DNA of 28,932 nucleotides, taken from positions 1-28,932 of IMG/VR virus record IMGVR_UViG_3300030376_004926; one strand, written 5' to 3'. Shown one piece after another: positions 25,834 to 28,932 of the stretch (positions within the stretch are counted from its first letter, which is position 1; each line of letters starts with the position of its first letter). The position numbers and the translations under genes are program-made. Below the pieces are notes generated by a model. It was given only the letters and a program-made list of their open reading frames with translations. It was not told the origin of the DNA and searched no databases. Source of the DNA: a virus. Taxonomy: Duplodnaviria; Caudoviricetes.

Positions 25834-26921
25834 CTATTACTCTCCCCAAACATATTTAGAAATGCTTTAACTCTTGCCTCATCTTCTGAAGTAGGTTCTT
25901 CTTGAACTTCTTCTTTTGGGCTAGGGTTATTTGTTGCCTGTAATTGATTCCATTCAAGTTTAGTTAACAGTTGACCTTCATTACACAAAGGACAGAAAGG
26001 TGGTATGTTATCTTTTTCAAACTCTTGTGTTACCTTACAAGCCTCACATTTACGTTTAACCTTTTTCTCAACAGGCTTACCTGCTTGTTCCTTATTAGCC
26101 CAAGCATATATCCCTGACTTCCACCAATAGGCAGAAGATTTAATTGGCGTGTCTTCTTTATTAACACGCTTGCCATAATACTCAGTCACGTTCTTAGCCT
26201 TCTCAAACCCTAGACTCTTAATCACACTCTGAACTAGGTATCTCTCGCTTTCAGGTTGGTATGGCAACCAACTCTTACTTACCTCTATCAATTCATTAGT
26301 TAGTATTCCCAAGTTCTTTCTATCTTCGCTCACTACTTCAACGTACTCTTGCCTTTGGTTGCTATACTCTAAAGAGGTAACAGAAGTATTAACAGAAGAA
26401 TAGTCTTTATCTTTAATAGAACTAATATCTGTTTTATCTTTAATCCCTTTATCTATTTCTTTCTTATTATTGTTGTTGTTCTTTTCTTTCTTTTGATATA
26501 GTTCGGGTTTGTTGTCTGTTTCATTGCGTTGGTCAGCCCGTTGGTCACGTCTCTTTACGGTGCGTGCATCATAGTTATCAGGATTCTGATAAGTGTCGTA
26601 GTTACAGACAGTTACGTGGAGTCCCCGTGTGGTCTTCGCTGTGTGTATCATATCGTGGTTCACTAGGTTGTTCAATGCAGTACGTATCTGATTGTCAGAG
26701 TATTGATGTTTACGAACCCCGACGTACCAAGCTAGTTCCTCTCTAATCTTACCTATAGAAGTAAACATCTGACCTCGCTTAAACCTTTTACCATCAACAA
26801 AGTTAACGCTAAGTAAAAGCCAAAGATAAACTTCCCGACAGCAAGGAGTAAACTTAAAGAAGTCCGACTCCATCATCTGCCTAGCTAATAATATATAGCC
26901 ACCTCTTATGTGCTCGCTCAT
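25830..26921 (-). CDS. Replication initiator / replisome organiser (winged helix), 363 aa
   Basis: GYILLARQ, YLWLLL, KRGQMFTS, IRTALNNL, VTVCNYDTYQ; low-complexity linker; C-terminal CxxC..CxxC. Confidence 0.8.
   Translation of the reverse strand: MSEHIRGGYILLARQMMESDFFKFTPCCREVYLWLLLSVNFVDGKRFKRGQMFTSIGKIREELAWYVGVRKHQYSDNQIRTALNNLVNHDMIHTAKTTRGLHVTVCNYDTYQNPDNYDARTVKRRDQRADQRNETDNKPELYQKKEKNNNNNKKEIDKGIKDKTDISSIKDKDYSSVNTSVTSLEYSNQRQEYVEVVSEDRKNLGILTNELIEVSKSWLPYQPESERYLVQSVIKSLGFEKAKNVTEYYGKRVNKEDTPIKSSAYWWKSGIYAWANKEQAGKPVEKKVKRKCEACKVTQEFEKDNIPPFCPLCNEGQLLTKLEWNQLQATNNPSPKEEVQEEPTSEDEARVKAFLNMFGESNR
26378..26547. repeat. Short direct repeats in the initiator linker (candidate origin)
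   Basis: TAACAGAAG x2 (26378, 26390), TTTATCTTTAAT x2 (26406, 26433), CGTTGGTCA x2 (26527, 26539), with an AT-rich tract between. Confidence 0.45.
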
Positions 26922-27463
26922 ACATCCACCTGCCCTACCTTAAAACAGTCCCATTGTGGCTCGGGTATATGTACCATCGGCTCAATATCTCCTGCGAATC
27001 CTCTATCAGTTCTGCCACCCATCTGTATGGTAGCCCGGGAGAGTTTTTCACGTGTAGGCATCCAATAATAAAAGCCATCACGCATCCTAACTGCAAAGAA
27101 AGGAGTGGTCTTTGTAACCTCTGACCAAACTAGCAAGTCTTTTACTTTAAGTAAAGATAACTTAATAGTATAGTCGCCTATTGTTGTCCAATCTTTAAAA
27201 TACCATTTGCATTCAACGAATGCTAACTGCTTTCCGAAGTCTGTGCATATGATATAATCTATTTTATATTTATCAGGGAGCTTGTGAGCAAGTAAATGAT
27301 GCTCCCCCCTCTTCTCTGAGTAGATATTATTAGGCAAATCGCTGTGTTGTTCCATAGAGGTACACATAGCATCGACTAAAAGCTCTTGTCTATCAACATC
27401 TATTGGCTTTTCTAGTCTAACATTTACTTTACCTAATTGTTCTTTAAACGGTGTTGGAGTCAT
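26918..27463 (-). CDS. PD-(D/E)XK nuclease-like protein, 181 aa
   Basis: KLPDKYKIDY, AFVECK, GGRTDRG..GDIEP. Confidence 0.65.
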   Translation of the reverse strand: MTPTPFKEQLGKVNVRLEKPIDVDRQELLVDAMCTSMEQHSDLPNNIYSEKRGEHHLLAHKLPDKYKIDYIICTDFGKQLAFVECKWYFKDWTTIGDYTIKLSLLKVKDLLVWSEVTKTTPFFAVRMRDGFYYWMPTREKLSRATIQMGGRTDRGFAGDIEPMVHIPEPQWDCFKVGQVDV

Positions 27464-27755
27464 TGATTATCCTTATAGGTTTCTTAGTTGGTTTTTGTGT
27501 TTCGTCACACTTGTAGCAAGTGCGAACAGGCAAGCCAAGTTTAGGAAAGTCTTTGTAATAGGCTATGTCACAATAGTCGCCTTGAACTAACCAATCCCAA
27601 ACTTGATTGCATTGCGAGCAAGTGGAGACCCTAAAAACTGTGAGTCCCCACTTTTCGCTGACAGACGGTTTAAGTACACGTACTTTACGTTTGCCTTCAG
27701 GGGTGTGCATATTGGTCGCATCAACGACCCATTGTATTCCCCTGTCTTTTGGCAT
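27444..27755 (-). CDS. Cys-rich Zn-finger-like protein, 103 aa
   Basis: IQWVVD, CSQCNQVW, YYKDFPKLG, CYKC. Confidence 0.7.
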   Translation of the reverse strand: MPKDRGIQWVVDATNMHTPEGKRKVRVLKPSVSEKWGLTVFRVSTCSQCNQVWDWLVQGDYCDIAYYKDFPKLGLPVRTCYKCDETQKPTKKPIRIINDSNTV

Positions 27756-27757
27756 TG

Positions 27758-28246
27758 CTAGAATGGCAAGTCCCCATTTTGAACGGGGTTATTCTTACCT
27801 TCTAATGCCGAGAGTCTAGTCTCTATTGCAGATAACCTAGACTCTGTATCCGAGGTGGCAACGGGAGTTGCCTGTTGCTGTGGTACAGGTGCGTGCTGAA
27901 CTAAGTTGGGTTGCTGTGGAGTTTGCGAAGTCCCTTGTGTACCCATAGTTGGCTGTGCACCATTTCTGACATCGTTCAAACTAAGGTTGTTCACATAGAA
28001 CATTCCATAGTCTTGCTGTCCCGGCTTAGTGCCCGGGTTAGAGCGTTTCTCAATCGTTACTTGAGCATTCATACCAATGTTCATTTCCTGTAGCAAGTCG
28101 GTCAATCCCTTACTTGCATCAAAGAAACGTCCATCAGCAGTATTATACTTCATACCGAACTGAGTTTGCTCCCAATTAGCAATAGTAAAAGTCTGTGATG
28201 AACCCATCGCAAACTTTATCTTATTAGCTGTGTCAAAGTTAGACAT
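27758..28246 (-). CDS. Putative ssDNA-binding protein, 162 aa
   Basis: Beta-rich N-terminus, Gln/Pro linker and C-terminal GDLPF tail; next to the exonuclease. Confidence 0.5.
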   Translation of the reverse strand: MSNFDTANKIKFAMGSSQTFTIANWEQTQFGMKYNTADGRFFDASKGLTDLLQEMNIGMNAQVTIEKRSNPGTKPGQQDYGMFYVNNLSLNDVRNGAQPTMGTQGTSQTPQQPNLVQHAPVPQQQATPVATSDTESRLSAIETRLSALEGKNNPVQNGDLPF

Positions 28247-28257
28247 ATAGTCTTCTC

Positions 28258-28932
28258 CTATTCTGTTTGTTTAAGAAAATTATGGTCGACATTGTCTAGT
28301 TTCAACTGTGCCTTAGGTCTATACCAAGGTTTAACAGTATATGACCCATCAGCGTTAGCATATCGAGCCCTAAACAATTCCATCATCTGCATCCACTCCT
28401 TGCGAAGTCTTCTGCCTTTTATTGAATTAAGTTCTACGGTAGTAAAACTGTAAGTCGGTTTTGTGTGGTAGTCTGCATTTATATATAATATACCTACAGA
28501 ACTTGTCGCATACTTTTTAGGAAATATTGCATCCCATAAAAGTGAATACGCTACACCTTGAAGTAAGTGAGAATCATTCTTACTACCTGTCTTAATATCG
28601 CTAATCATTACATTTCCATTAGCAAACTGTAACGGGTCGTCACAACTCCCTGCCCAATCGTAGTCCTTGTGATACAACATTACCTCAGTACCTAAAAAGG
28701 TAGGAGCGTAATCTTGAGCCCAAGTAATATAAGATTCGACATACTTCATTACACGTTCGACACAAGCACCAACACCTTTATAGTATTCAATGCTTACGTG
28801 TGATAGGTTTTGTTTTATAAAGTCCTCAGCAAATTCCCAATCAAGTACAAAACTAGGGTCGGCTTTCATCATATCTAAGATGTCGTGCACAATAGTACCT
28901 AGCCCTGCTTTCGCCCTGACGATTGTATTACT
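28258..28932 (-). CDS. PD-(D/E)XK exonuclease (recombination type), N-terminus outside the window
   Basis: Frame open to the window edge; GTIVHD, WAGSCD, ISDIKTG, LQGVAY motifs. Confidence 0.75.
   Translation of the reverse strand, partial: SNTIVRAKAGLGTIVHDILDMMKADPSFVLDWEFAEDFIKQNLSHVSIEYYKGVGACVERVMKYVESYITWAQDYAPTFLGTEVMLYHKDYDWAGSCDDPLQFANGNVMISDIKTGSKNDSHLLQGVAYSLLWDAIFPKKYATSSVGILYINADYHTKPTYSFTTVELNSIKGRRLRKEWMQMMELFRARYANADGSYTVKPWYRPKAQLKLDNVDHNFLKQTE

Overview
A 28.9-kb slice of an AT-rich tailed-phage (podovirus-like) genome with three blocks. (1) 1-18171, minus strand: packaging and virion module with terS, terL, portal, scaffold, major capsid, small basic proteins, two adaptor-like proteins, a nozzle apparently split over two genes, and three ejection/internal proteins. 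(2) About 18315-23570, plus strand: a divergently transcribed early-like cassette. It starts with a ~450-nt highly structured non-coding leader, then ardC and small unknown genes, punctuated by three covarying tRNA-half-like (closing stem + T-arm) elements and a repeated AACACACA leader motif. (3) 23664-28932, minus strand: replication/recombination genes (exonuclease, SSB-like, replisome organiser, PD-(D/E)XK nucleases, Hjc-like resolvase, DUF1599). The strongest unexplained signals are the tRNA-mimic elements, the ACGAG-rich structured RNA, and a 28-bp XerCD dif-like site beside terS. No integrase, polymerase or recognisable lysis cassette lies in the window. All family calls are by-eye motif recognition, not database hits.
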